A program made the translations under genes and the position numbers. From NCBI GenBank assembly GCA_045604905.1, contig JAZUOX010000061.1:1987-65986 (forward strand): a stretch of 64,000 nt of DNA. Reading direction: 5' to 3'. This DNA is from Clostridia bacterium. Its GTDB lineage: Bacteria > Bacillota > Clostridia > UMGS1883. The notes beneath the pieces are model-generated. The model was given only the letters and a program-made list of their open reading frames with translations. It was not told where the DNA came from and did not search any database. Shown in pieces: positions 17,245 to 27,039 of this stretch (the stretch's first letter is position 1; each line of letters starts with the position of its first letter).

Positions 17245-17823
17245 TCACAAACACTTCAGAATTATTTCGCCGTTTTCTGCCATTGCCACAGCAGGACCGA
17301 CATTTTCCGTTTTTTTATTGTAAGAACAGATATTTCCTATTCTTATTTGCGACGGTAACATATATGTGGCGTATACCAATCCGCCTTCCCTGACTCTTGC
17401 ACAACCGCGTAGAGCTCCTAATACGGTTATGTTGCCCCCGGATGTTATACAAGCGCCCGGATTTACATCTCCGTATACTATAACATCTCCCCGGAATCTG
17501 ACAACTTCACCGCTACGAAGAGTTTTTTCCACCGTTTTACAAAGTCTTTCTCCGTCCTCTAAAGAATATTCAATTTGCTTTTTTGTAAGCCTGTGTTTTT
17601 TAATTATGGATGCGTTCTTTCCGAAAATATTTTTTATAATCTTCTCAAACTGCATTTCTTCATCGTAGGAAAAAGTTATTCCTCCGTAGTCAATACAGAT
17701 TTCCGCATCCCGATAAAAGCCTTTTTCGGGCATATTCATAAGTACATTCTCAGCCTCTTTCAAAGAGGTCTCTTCAGTAAATAAAAGCTTGACACAATCT
17801 GAGTGTCCTTTTATTCTGATCAA
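17245..17823 (-). CDS. minC: Septum site-determining protein MinC
   Basis: The C-terminal beta-helix repeats read ...GDVIVYGDVNPGACITSGGNITVLGALRG... Confidence 0.85.
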   Translation of the reverse strand: MIRIKGHSDCVKLLFTEETSLKEAENVLMNMPEKGFYRDAEICIDYGGITFSYDEEMQFEKIIKNIFGKNASIIKKHRLTKKQIEYSLEDGERLCKTVEKTLRSGEVVRFRGDVIVYGDVNPGACITSGGNITVLGALRGCARVREGGLVYATYMLPSQIRIGNICSYNKKTENVGPAVAMAENGEIILKCL

Positions 17824-17833
17824 AATTTCCGCC

Positions 17834-19861
17834 CTACCTTGTTAATACATTTGTATACATATTTCCTTCTTCCGAAGAATCAAAATAGCTATCGATGACT
17901 TTTCTGACAGCACCTGCCGCCCTTGTACCGCTGCCTGCCTTTTCGATAACGCAGGCAATGGCAATCTGCGGCTTGTCATAAGGAGCATACGCAATGCATA
18001 TTCCATCTGTATACATACTTGAAGTCTGAGCACTTCCTGTCTTTGCAGCAACAGATACTTTGCATCCGTTAAAAGCAGAATGTGCTGTGCCTTCGGTAAC
18101 AACCTTACGCATACCCTCTGTTATAGCTATACGGGTTGAATCTGACATTTTCACCGTATCCAGGACCTCTTTCTCCGTTTCTGTTCCCGAGGTCTTATCT
18201 GCGTTTTCCACTGTTTTTATAAGATGCGGTCGATATCTTGTACCGCCGTTTGCTATTGTTGCGGTATAGTTTGCGAGCTGAAGTGGTGTAACAAGCGTAT
18301 CTGACTGGCCGATAGAAGTCTGACATACGTCACCGGGATACCATATTCCACCTGCTTTTTTTCTGTTTTCAGGACTTGATATAAGGCCACTTTTTTCTTC
18401 ATCTGCAAGCTCAATACCACTCTTCTGCCCGAATCCGAATTTTGTGGCATATCCACCGATTTTTTCGATACCAAGTCTTCGTCCCACATCAAAGAAGAAC
18501 ACATTACATGAATCACGGATAGCTTCAGATACATTCACATAGCCATGTGTTCCGCCAGTCTGATTATAAACCCAGCATGCCGGCTGATAGTCGTTGAAAT
18601 AGGTGTATTTACCTGTATCCAGAATCTCGTCGTCGGGAGTTATAATACCTTCTTCAAGAGCTGCCGTTCCTACAAGCAGTTTGAATGTGGATGCCGGCGA
18701 ATATGTTCCCGCAAGTGCTCTGTTAAACAGAGGCTTTGAGGGATTTTCAAGAAGACTGTTATAATCTTCGCTGAATGTTTCTATATTATATGACGGGTAT
18801 GATGCCATTGCAAGTATATCACCGGAATTTACATCTATAACAACAATACTGCCTGCATTTGCATCTCTGCCTGTGTCAGCATCTTCCGATGAGAAATTTA
18901 TCTCCCCGATTGTATCACGCAATGCGTTTTCACTTGCAAGCTGCATATCAAGATCTATCGTAAGTCTGACATTTCTTCCGCTGATCGGTTCTTTTTCAAC
19001 ATTGTAACCATTGCTGTAGCTATCTTTATTTTGCAAAGTACTTCCTGCACCGTTTGTTCCGCACAGATATTCCTCCAGATACTTTTCAATGCCGCTTTTT
19101 CCTATATGGGCATTCATACTGTAGTTGTCTTTGTTTTTCTCATACTCTTCTGCACTTATCATACCGACTCTGCCGAACATATGAGCACCCATCGACGGAT
19201 ACGGATAGCTCCTTACAGGCTGCGTTATTACAGTAACATCCGGAAATGCATCCCGCTGCTCTTTAATGACAGAAACTTCTGTTATGGGAGCATCCTCCAT
19301 AAAAAGATATGGCGACGCCATTGAAAAACCTCTTTTTATCATATTTATCCTCGTTGTTATGATAAAAAGCACTTCTTCAGCAGAATAATAAGAAGAAACC
19401 GAGTATTTTTCCATAAGCTCCGCTATGGTTTTATCTGCAGTATAATTATCTTTGAAACCATATTCTTTTTTCCATGCAGATATTTTATCTTCATCCCCAA
19501 CATATCTGTATCCGTTATCTGTCAGCTTTATAGGAATGATGCTTTCCAGAGCGGAATCCTTGTTATTTACCACTTTGTTCAGTTTTGCAATGAGTGAATT
19601 AAGTTCCTCATCCGTTCTGTCTCTGTTAGCGTAAATGTAGATGTTATGACCTGTTCTGTTAACAACAATCGGTCTACCGTTACGGTCGAGTATTTCACCT
19701 CTTGACGCAAGCAATTCTATGTTGCGCGATGTTCGTGAATTACTCTTTTCACGGTAATAGTTACCGTTTGCTATCTGCAGATTAACAAGTCTGACACCTA
19801 TCATAATAACGATAAGAGCCATCACGACATAAAGAGCTGTATATCGCCTTGTTTTCATCAA
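17834..19861 (-). CDS. mrdA: Penicillin-binding protein 2 (elongation-specific transpeptidase)
   Basis: There is an N-terminal TM anchor. The transpeptidase motifs STFK, SCN and KTGS are all present. Confidence 0.9.
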   Translation of the reverse strand: MMKTRRYTALYVVMALIVIMIGVRLVNLQIANGNYYREKSNSRTSRNIELLASRGEILDRNGRPIVVNRTGHNIYIYANRDRTDEELNSLIAKLNKVVNNKDSALESIIPIKLTDNGYRYVGDEDKISAWKKEYGFKDNYTADKTIAELMEKYSVSSYYSAEEVLFIITTRINMIKRGFSMASPYLFMEDAPITEVSVIKEQRDAFPDVTVITQPVRSYPYPSMGAHMFGRVGMISAEEYEKNKDNYSMNAHIGKSGIEKYLEEYLCGTNGAGSTLQNKDSYSNGYNVEKEPISGRNVRLTIDLDMQLASENALRDTIGEINFSSEDADTGRDANAGSIVVIDVNSGDILAMASYPSYNIETFSEDYNSLLENPSKPLFNRALAGTYSPASTFKLLVGTAALEEGIITPDDEILDTGKYTYFNDYQPACWVYNQTGGTHGYVNVSEAIRDSCNVFFFDVGRRLGIEKIGGYATKFGFGQKSGIELADEEKSGLISSPENRKKAGGIWYPGDVCQTSIGQSDTLVTPLQLANYTATIANGGTRYRPHLIKTVENADKTSGTETEKEVLDTVKMSDSTRIAITEGMRKVVTEGTAHSAFNGCKVSVAAKTGSAQTSSMYTDGICIAYAPYDKPQIAIACVIEKAGSGTRAAGAVRKVIDSYFDSSEEGNMYTNVLTR

Positions 19862-20367
19862 TTTTCCTCCCCTGCGGGAATTTTTCTCTTATTGCGTAAA
19901 GTTATAATTTTCTGATGTATGATTACAAACAAAAGTGAGAATATTGCACCGAATAAACCTTTTATAAGTATATTCATGCCTAAAAATGTTATTGTTGCGT
20001 TGTAGCCGAACATTGCTTTGAAAACAGTCAGCACTGTTTCATAAACCGTTATAGTGCTGAAAGTGACCATACTCATCAGTAGCGGTGAATTATGTATACG
20101 ATCACTCACTACAACGCTGACTATAATTGCAAGATACATATATACAAGTATGTTAAGTCCGAATATACTTCCGCACATTGCATCTGTCAGAAGCCCTGCA
20201 ACACCTCCCACTAGAGCCGCCTTAACAGTATCTGACGACACAGCAGAAATTATAACTGCAACCAGAAGGATATCGGGCGTGCATGACAATATTTTTATAT
20301 TTTCAAAAATGATACTCTGTGCCAGAAAAGCAAGGTATATACCTATAATTTTCAGAAACAGTTTCAC
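19858..20367 (-). CDS. mreD: Rod shape-determining protein MreD
   Basis: This is a 169-aa polytopic membrane protein. It sits between mreC and pbp2, with an ATGA overlap to the downstream gene. Confidence 0.8.
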   Translation of the reverse strand: MKLFLKIIGIYLAFLAQSIIFENIKILSCTPDILLVAVIISAVSSDTVKAALVGGVAGLLTDAMCGSIFGLNILVYMYLAIIVSVVVSDRIHNSPLLMSMVTFSTITVYETVLTVFKAMFGYNATITFLGMNILIKGLFGAIFSLLFVIIHQKIITLRNKRKIPAGEEN

Positions 20368-20379
20368 TTATTTTCACTC

Positions 20380-21210
20380 CTATTTAGATACCATAACCAC
20401 ATCAATATTATTGATATTGACGCTTGTCTCTATTATTGCCGTAAGGGTAAGATTGCGGTTATCTTCTTTGATTTGCGTTACTTTTCCAATCATGATACCT
20501 CTTGGGAAAATACCACCTGTTCCCGAGGTCTCTATTATATCACCGACAACCGTTTTTGCAGATTTATCAATAGAATTCATCACACATTTACCACCGCCTG
20601 ACAGGCTACCGGTTGCTTCAACTATACCCATATCTCCGCTTCTGAGGCAGATTGCACCAACAGAACTTTGTGAATCGTATATGGTTTTTACTTTGGAATA
20701 ATTATATCCTGCTTCACTTACAACACCTACAAGGCCCTCAGGAACTGTCACAACAGAGCCTTCCTTAACGCCGTCCTTAGTTCCTTTATCAACAGTAATA
20801 GTATCGTGGAACTCGCTGCTGTCACGGGCAATAACATTTGCACCGATGCTTTCAAATTCAGTTCTGCTGTCGTTAAGTTCAAGCATTGCACGAAGACGCT
20901 CATTTTCAGTTTTATACCCCTCTAGCATTCTTATATCTGCTTCAAGCGAAAGTATTGACTCTTTAAGCTTTTCGTTTTCTTCAGCTCGTTCACCCGACAG
21001 GAAAATATCTGAGAAAAAGTTTTTAACAGAGTTAACAGCAACTGCTGCACCTTTCTGTATGGGCGAAACTACTGTTCCTACTGCTTTCGACACAGGGGAA
21101 CTGCCGTTTCTCATTGATAACGCCACCACAATCAATATCACAAGAGTAACCGATGTTATTATAATTATATTCTTCTTACCCGGTTTTTTCATTTTCAGAA
21201 TTCCTTTCAC
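20380..21210 (-). CDS. mreC: Rod shape-determining protein MreC
   Basis: It has an N-terminal TM segment, a coiled-coil (...EENEKLKESILSLEADIRMLE...) and a C-terminal beta domain (...GGIFPRGIMIGKV...). Confidence 0.9.
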   Translation of the reverse strand: MKGILKMKKPGKKNIIIITSVTLVILIVVALSMRNGSSPVSKAVGTVVSPIQKGAAVAVNSVKNFFSDIFLSGERAEENEKLKESILSLEADIRMLEGYKTENERLRAMLELNDSRTEFESIGANVIARDSSEFHDTITVDKGTKDGVKEGSVVTVPEGLVGVVSEAGYNYSKVKTIYDSQSSVGAICLRSGDMGIVEATGSLSGGGKCVMNSIDKSAKTVVGDIIETSGTGGIFPRGIMIGKVTQIKEDNRNLTLTAIIETSVNINNIDVVMVSK

Positions 21211-21791
21211 AAAACAATATCAAACTCTTCTTTTAACAGTTTGACAAGAGCATTTAACGGAAGCCCTACCACATTGGAATAATCTCCCTCTGTTTTTTCT
21301 ACAAATCTGCTTCCTTGCTCCTGTATTCCGTAAGCACCTGCTTTATCCATCGGCTCACGGGATTTTATGTATTCATCTATTTCATCACCATTAAGCTCTC
21401 TGAAAGTGACAAGTGTTTTTTCGTATTTTGCAACGGATACACCATCTTTACAGTTAACCACGCAGTAACCCGTATAAACCTCGTGAGTATTGCCGCTGAG
21501 TCTCAACAGCATCCTTTTTGCATCTTCTTCGTCCTTTGGTTTGCCGAATATTTCTCCGTCAAGGCACACACATGTATCTGCCCCTATCACAACAGAATCT
21601 TCACTGCAAAGTTTTGCAACCTCACTTGCTTTCAGCATAGCAAGTTCTGTAACCATTTCCTTTGGAGGAAGTCCCTTTAGCAAGTCCTCATTAACATTTG
21701 CAGGCACTATTTCTGCATTTATACCTATGCTTTTCAAAAGTTCTTCCCGCCTCGGAGATTTTGACGCAAGAACAAAACTAATATTATCCAT
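21207..21791 (-). CDS. maf: Maf-family nucleoside triphosphate pyrophosphatase (septum formation protein)
   Basis: LASKSPRREELL...GADT...GKP...AGAYGIQ is the Maf signature. Confidence 0.92.
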   Translation of the reverse strand: MDNISFVLASKSPRREELLKSIGINAEIVPANVNEDLLKGLPPKEMVTELAMLKASEVAKLCSEDSVVIGADTCVCLDGEIFGKPKDEEDAKRMLLRLSGNTHEVYTGYCVVNCKDGVSVAKYEKTLVTFRELNGDEIDEYIKSREPMDKAGAYGIQEQGSRFVEKTEGDYSNVVGLPLNALVKLLKEEFDIVL

Positions 21792-21804
21792 ATCTACAAT
21801 TCCT

Positions 21805-22341
21805 TTATCCTAGGATTTTTTCTTTGTAAGAAATAATACTTTCTTCTATAATTTTTTCAGCTTCTTCCCTTCCCATAATTTCATTAACGGAAGTTTCCTT
21901 GTTTTCAAGCATTTTATATACTTCAAAGAAATGTGAAATCTCTCTTGACATATGTTCAGGAAGCTCATCAAGTTCTTTATATGCCGCATAAGTAGGGTCA
22001 CTGAAAGGAATTGCAATTATTTTTTCGTCGACCTTTCCTCCGTCTATCATCTTAAGAACACCTATGGGGTAGCACCTCACAAGCACCAGAGGATCAATAA
22101 CTTCCTGGCAAAGAACAAGCACATCAAGCGGATCTCCGTCATCGGCGTATGTTCTTGGAATAAATCCGTAGTTTGCAGGGTAATGCGTTGAAGTATAAAG
22201 AACTCTGTCAAGTATAATCATACCTGTTTCCTTATCGAGTTCATACTTATTTCTTCCGCCTTTGCGAATTTCTATAACTGCAAGAAAATCATCTTTTTTA
22301 ATTCTTTCAGGGTTTACATTATGCCATACATTAAACATCAA
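21805..22341 (-). CDS. ppa: Family I inorganic pyrophosphatase
   Basis: ...IEIRKGGRNKYELD...YPANYGFIP.T..DDGDPLDVLVL... matches the family. Confidence 0.93.
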   Translation of the reverse strand: MMFNVWHNVNPERIKKDDFLAVIEIRKGGRNKYELDKETGMIILDRVLYTSTHYPANYGFIPRTYADDGDPLDVLVLCQEVIDPLVLVRCYPIGVLKMIDGGKVDEKIIAIPFSDPTYAAYKELDELPEHMSREISHFFEVYKMLENKETSVNEIMGREEAEKIIEESIISYKEKILG

Positions 22342-23618
22342 ACATTCCTCCTGAGATGTTTTGGATAGTGATTTTTCGCTACACCTTCACTTAATTTATA
22401 CCAACCTATTGGATATTTTTCTTTATAAAGCATTGCTCCAAAGCCTTTTTGCGTATCACTTTCTATTGTGTTGCCTGCAAGGTAACGGTTTAAATTTTCT
22501 TCTGAAAGAGCAATTGTTCTCTTAAAATCTTCTGCTTTTAGAGACATACATAAATGGTGCGACGGAATAAATCTGTCTTTTTTTACTTCGCCCAGCCAGA
22601 GTCCCGGGCGAATACATTTTATTTTATCCAGAGAAATCATTTCTTCCGGCACAAGATAAAGATTTTCACCAAAAGACACAAATCGCCCATCAAGCCTTAT
22701 ATTGAGATTATCTTTTTCGAAGCTGCGGAAAACTTCAACAGCTTCCTTTTTTGCTTCCGCGGGATATGTCTGCTTTTTCCTCTCATTTTCTCCTTTTTTA
22801 GAAAAAAGTGCTGAAAAATGCCCCTCACCTTTTACTTTGTGAGGCATCAGCCGATGAGTCTTTACAAGTGTCATATCCGGATGCTTGTCCGTAAACGCAC
22901 TGCAGACACTCTCATTTTCTTCTTTTGAAAAAGTGCAGGTGGAATATACAAGATACCCACCGCCTCTGAGCATTTTATAAGCAGAATCCAGAATGCTGAG
23001 CTGCCGCACCGCACAGGACTGGGTATGTTCAACACTCCATTCCAAAATAGCCGTATCGTCTTTTCTGAACATTCCTTCTCCGCTACAGGGAGCATCTACC
23101 ATAATTTTGTCAAAGAACATTTCAAAGTGCTTTTCCATCTTTTCCGGATACATATTGGTAACAACCGCGTTCCTTATCCCCATACGTTCTATATTTTCAC
23201 AAAGGATTTTTGCTCGGTTCGCCACTACCTCATTCGATACCAGAAGTCCGCTTCCTCCAAGTTTTGCTGCAAGCTGAGTACTTTTTCCACCGGGCGCGGC
23301 ACAAAGGTCAAGGATTATATCTCCACACTCCACACTCATTAATTCTGCTGCAATCATTGCCGATGGCTCCTGCGAATAAAAAAGCCCCGCTATGCTCGAT
23401 GGGTGATTACCCATCTTCCCGTTATAGTAAAAACCATTTTCACACCAGGCTACCTTATCACCGCAAAAGTCCACTGTTTTACAGAGTTCTTCTGCCGATA
23501 TTTTCAGAGTATTGGCACGGAGACCGTTATATGGCGACTCATTGTAGGATGATATAAAACTGTCATATTCATCCTTCATTTCCATTTTCATTCTTTCACA
23601 AAATTTTTCGGGAAGCAT
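22338..23618 (-). CDS. RsmB/RsmF-family RNA cytosine-C5 methyltransferase
   Basis: The SAM motif DLCAAPGGKS is present, together with the catalytic DAPCSGEG and TCT(F) motifs. Confidence 0.88.
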   Translation of the reverse strand: MLPEKFCERMKMEMKDEYDSFISSYNESPYNGLRANTLKISAEELCKTVDFCGDKVAWCENGFYYNGKMGNHPSSIAGLFYSQEPSAMIAAELMSVECGDIILDLCAAPGGKSTQLAAKLGGSGLLVSNEVVANRAKILCENIERMGIRNAVVTNMYPEKMEKHFEMFFDKIMVDAPCSGEGMFRKDDTAILEWSVEHTQSCAVRQLSILDSAYKMLRGGGYLVYSTCTFSKEENESVCSAFTDKHPDMTLVKTHRLMPHKVKGEGHFSALFSKKGENERKKQTYPAEAKKEAVEVFRSFEKDNLNIRLDGRFVSFGENLYLVPEEMISLDKIKCIRPGLWLGEVKKDRFIPSHHLCMSLKAEDFKRTIALSEENLNRYLAGNTIESDTQKGFGAMLYKEKYPIGWYKLSEGVAKNHYPKHLRRNV

Positions 23619-23731
23619 AATCTACTCCTTGAATGCTTTTTATCTATGATATTATAACACATCCGTCTGTCAAAATAAAGTATTTTTTGCTATATATAAA
23701 AAATAATTCCAAAAAACATTTACAAATAAAA

Positions 23732-23757
23732 ACAGCCCACTCAAATGAGTGGGCTGT
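23732..23757 (-). terminator. Intrinsic terminator downstream of the ispH/S1 gene
   Basis: On the minus strand: ACAGCCCACTCA-tt-TGAGTGGGCTGT followed by TTTTTATTT. Confidence 0.8.
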
Positions 23758-23769
23758 AAAAAAACCAAA

Positions 23770-25833
23770 TTACTCTTCGGTTGCTTCTTCGCCAGCTTCT
23801 TCAACGGTAGCTTCGCTAGCTTCTTCAACGGGAGCTTCGCTAGCTTCCTCAGGCATAGCTTCTTCAGCTTTCTTAGCTTCTTCAAGAAGAACTCTGATTG
23901 AAAGACCAATCTTCTTTTCTTCCCAATTGATTTCAGTAATCTTTGCAGTTACCATTTCGCCAACTGTGAGAACATCTGCGGGCTTGCCAATTCTCTTATC
24001 AGCAATCTGAGAAATATGGATAAGTCCGTCAATTCCGGGTATAAGCTCAACAAACGCACCGAAAGGAACAAGGCGTACAACCTTAGCTTCTACCACTGCT
24101 CCTTCACTGAATTTAGCTTTTGCAATTTCCCAAGGGTTGTCCTCAGCTTTCTTGTAGCCGAGAGAAATCTTGTTAGTTTCCTTATCAACCTTGAGGATTG
24201 TAACTTCTACACTGTCACCAACAGAAAGAACTTCTGAGGGATGCTTGATTCTCTGCCAGCTGAGCTGTGAAATCGGGATAAGACCGTCAACACCGCCAAG
24301 GTCAACAAATGCACCAAAGTCTGTAAGAGTCTTAACAGTACCTGTATAAACCTTACCTTCTTCAACATCTGCCATAAAGCTTGCTACCTTTTCAGCACGC
24401 TCTGCAGCTGCAACAACCTTGATTGAACCGATTGCCTTCTTACCGCGTCTGTCTTCACGGATGTTTACAATCTTAAATCTTGCTTCTGTACCAACAAGAG
24501 TAGAAAGATCCTTAGTGAATCTTTCGCTTGCCATTGAAGCAGGGATAAAAATTCTTGAACCGTTAACAAGTGCAATTACGCCACGGTTAACGTCTTCAAC
24601 GATCTTACCTGTAAGTATTTCGCCTGACTCGTAAGCTGCTTCGATTGTCTGCCAACCCTTGATTGAGTCAATCTTTTTCTTGGAAAGCTTAACATAACCT
24701 TCAACATCGTTAACTCTTACAACGAATACTTCTACTTCGTCGCCAACCTTAACAATTTCACCGGGTGCAGCTGAGGGATCGTCTGAAAGTTCATCCACAG
24801 GGATGATACCGTCAGCCTTGTAGCCAAGATCAACATACACTTCAGTGGGTGTAATGCTGATAACTGTGCCTTTTACAACCTGTCCTGTATTTAAAGTGAC
24901 GAGGGATTGTTCAAACGCCTCGGCAAATGTAGGCTCTCCATTTCCTTGAATATTAGTGTTTTTTTCTTCTACCATGGTTTCCAAAACCTCCTTAATTATA
25001 CGATCAGGCGTTGATGCGCCTGCCGTTATTCCGAATGATTTGCCCAAAGTCATTATATTTTCGGGCAGCTCACCTGCATTCTCCACCAGAAAGGTGTGTT
25101 TGCAAAGTGGCACGGCAATGTCATACAACTTTTTTGTATTTGAACTGTTCTTGCCTCCGACAACTATAAATACATCACTTTCTCTTGCAAGAAGTGCAGC
25201 ATATTTCTGTCTTTCATTCGTAGCACTACATATTGTATCAAAAACTATAGCACTTTTGCAAGTGTTTTTTATAATTTTCGTAATTTTTTTCCACAATTCT
25301 CTTTCGAATGTAGTTTGAGACACAACAGTAAGCGGTTTTTCGCAGTTAAAAGAGAGATTTTCTGCCTCTTTTTCAGTTTCAATCACTGTTGCTATGTCAT
25401 TGCACCATCCATTTATTCCCTGCACCTCAGGATGATCCTTATTTCCTATAATGATTATATAGTGTCCTTCAAGATACGCTTTTTCTACAATTGAATGTAT
25501 TTTTTTTACAAAAGGACAGGTAGCATCTATATACTCTGTTTTATTTGACCGAAGCTTTTCTTCTATTTCTTTTTTTACACCGTGACTGCGGATTACAACA
25601 GTTTCTTCAGAAGTTGCCTCATCCGGTGTTTCTATTATTCTTACACCCATAGCCGAAAGCTCATCCACAACACTTTTATTGTGTATTATCGGTCCCAATG
25701 TTGCAATTTTCTTTTCACGGGTCCCTTCAATCGTAATATTTACTGCTCTGCTTACACCGAAACAAAAACCTGACTTTTCTGCTATTTTAACTTTTTTCAA
25801 AGATTTCACCACTTTACTTTGTACGAAGTCCAT
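23770..25833 (-). CDS. ispH: Bifunctional 4-hydroxy-3-methylbut-2-enyl diphosphate reductase (IspH) / ribosomal protein S1-domain fusion
   Basis: The N-terminus ...KSGFCFGVSRAV...ATCPFV...SSNT is IspH-like. The C-terminal half has four S1 repeats (...GQVVKGTVISI..., ...GEILTGKIVE..., ...GKVYTGTVKT..., ...GAVVEAKVVR...) and an acidic tail. An in-frame alternative TTG start at 25800 gives MKKVKIAEKSGFCFG. Confidence 0.92.
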   Translation of the reverse strand: MDFVQSKVVKSLKKVKIAEKSGFCFGVSRAVNITIEGTREKKIATLGPIIHNKSVVDELSAMGVRIIETPDEATSEETVVIRSHGVKKEIEEKLRSNKTEYIDATCPFVKKIHSIVEKAYLEGHYIIIIGNKDHPEVQGINGWCNDIATVIETEKEAENLSFNCEKPLTVVSQTTFERELWKKITKIIKNTCKSAIVFDTICSATNERQKYAALLARESDVFIVVGGKNSSNTKKLYDIAVPLCKHTFLVENAGELPENIMTLGKSFGITAGASTPDRIIKEVLETMVEEKNTNIQGNGEPTFAEAFEQSLVTLNTGQVVKGTVISITPTEVYVDLGYKADGIIPVDELSDDPSAAPGEIVKVGDEVEVFVVRVNDVEGYVKLSKKKIDSIKGWQTIEAAYESGEILTGKIVEDVNRGVIALVNGSRIFIPASMASERFTKDLSTLVGTEARFKIVNIREDRRGKKAIGSIKVVAAAERAEKVASFMADVEEGKVYTGTVKTLTDFGAFVDLGGVDGLIPISQLSWQRIKHPSEVLSVGDSVEVTILKVDKETNKISLGYKKAEDNPWEIAKAKFSEGAVVEAKVVRLVPFGAFVELIPGIDGLIHISQIADKRIGKPADVLTVGEMVTAKITEINWEEKKIGLSIRVLLEEAKKAEEAMPEEASEAPVEEASEATVEEAGEEATEE
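23794..23853 (-). repeat. About 2.5 tandem copies of a 24-nt unit encoding the acidic C-terminal tail of IspH/S1
   Basis: Plus-strand units are agcttcttcaacggtagcttcgct and agcttcttcaacgggagcttcgct (one mismatch), plus a partial third unit. They encode EASEAPVEEASEATVEE. Confidence 0.85.
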
Positions 25834-26377
25834 ATATAGTATCCATAAGTTTATCTGCTAAAAGCTGCATCTTTTCCTGATTCTGCATATCGTCTATGTA
25901 CTCGTCATAGGTTATAGGTTTTCCGAATGTAACACTGTTTATGGATACATATGCCGGAACTATGGGAACTCCGGACTGCATTGCAAGTCTTACAATACCT
26001 GAGTTAACACTCTTTCTTACTCCCTTTTTCATTCTTGTACCTTCCGGGAAAATGAGCGTTGCGTCGCCTCTTTTCATGATTTTAAGAGTTGCCATTACTG
26101 CTGCGGCATCTCCCCTCCCTCTCTTAATGGGAAACGCACCCAGTGCTTTTATAAACTTTCCCAATATAAAAATATGGAAAAGCTCATCTTTTGCCATAAA
26201 TGTAAGCTGCCGTCTGCAGGCTGCTGCTATAAGGACAGGGTCCATATTGCGATTATGGTTGGCACAAAGAAGAAATGCACCCTCTGACGGAATATTTTCT
26301 ACTCCTTTTTCTTTAAACAGTAAAAACACCTTAAGTATGCCTCTTGCCAATTTTAAAATAAATTTGTAAAACTTCAT
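25814..26377 (-). CDS. plsC: 1-acyl-sn-glycerol-3-phosphate acyltransferase
   Basis: The acyltransferase motifs NHNRNMD (HX4D) and FPEGTR are present. Confidence 0.9.
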   Translation of the reverse strand: MKFYKFILKLARGILKVFLLFKEKGVENIPSEGAFLLCANHNRNMDPVLIAAACRRQLTFMAKDELFHIFILGKFIKALGAFPIKRGRGDAAAVMATLKIMKRGDATLIFPEGTRMKKGVRKSVNSGIVRLAMQSGVPIVPAYVSINSVTFGKPITYDEYIDDMQNQEKMQLLADKLMDTIYGLRTK

Positions 26378-27039
26378 TGTATTTTTTTCCTCACAAATTC
26401 TGTAACTTTCTGTATTGACTCCTCAAGAGTAAGGTCTGATGTATCAATCACCGTTGCACCCTCTGCAATCTTAAGCGGTGATACCTCGCGGTGAGAGTCG
26501 TTGTAGTCACGGATTTCCATTTCTTTTTTTACATCTTCTAATTTTACATTTTCGCCTTTTTCTATAAGCTCGTCGTAGCGTCTTTTTGCCCTTGCTTCTA
26601 CCGATGCTGTAAGGAAAATTTTTATTTCAGCATCAGGAAGAACAAAAGTCCCGATATCTCTGCCATCCATTACAACATTGTGATTTTCAGCGAGTTTTCT
26701 CTGCATATCTACCAGTGCCACCCTAACCTCCGAAATTGCAGAGACATTGCTTGCTGCCATAGAAATCTCAGGAGTACGGATTTTGTCCGATACATTTTCT
26801 CCGTCAAGATAGATGTGCTGTTCAACACCCTCGTGTCTGATATCTATATCAAGAGTCGGCAGGATTGAAGATACTCCCTCGCAATCCTTTGTATCGATAC
26901 CGCTTCTTACCGCTTTCAATCCTACTGTACGGTACATTGCCCCTGTATCGATATACACAAAACCAAGCTCTTTTGCCACCTTTTTTGAAATGGTGCTTTT
27001 ACCTGCTCCTGCAGGTCCGTCAATTGCTATTTTGGTCAT
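26374..27039 (-). CDS. cmk: Cytidylate kinase
   Basis: MTKIAIDGPAGAGKSTISKKVA...YIDTGAMYR is the Cmk pattern. Confidence 0.95.
   Translation of the reverse strand: MTKIAIDGPAGAGKSTISKKVAKELGFVYIDTGAMYRTVGLKAVRSGIDTKDCEGVSSILPTLDIDIRHEGVEQHIYLDGENVSDKIRTPEISMAASNVSAISEVRVALVDMQRKLAENHNVVMDGRDIGTFVLPDAEIKIFLTASVEARAKRRYDELIEKGENVKLEDVKKEMEIRDYNDSHREVSPLKIAEGATVIDTSDLTLEESIQKVTEFVRKKIQ

Noticed and set aside
20054-20701. A 215-aa plus-strand ORF antisense to mreD and mreC.
   Set aside because: It spans the mreD/mreC junction on the opposite strand, and its sequence is S/T/I/P-rich shadow sequence.
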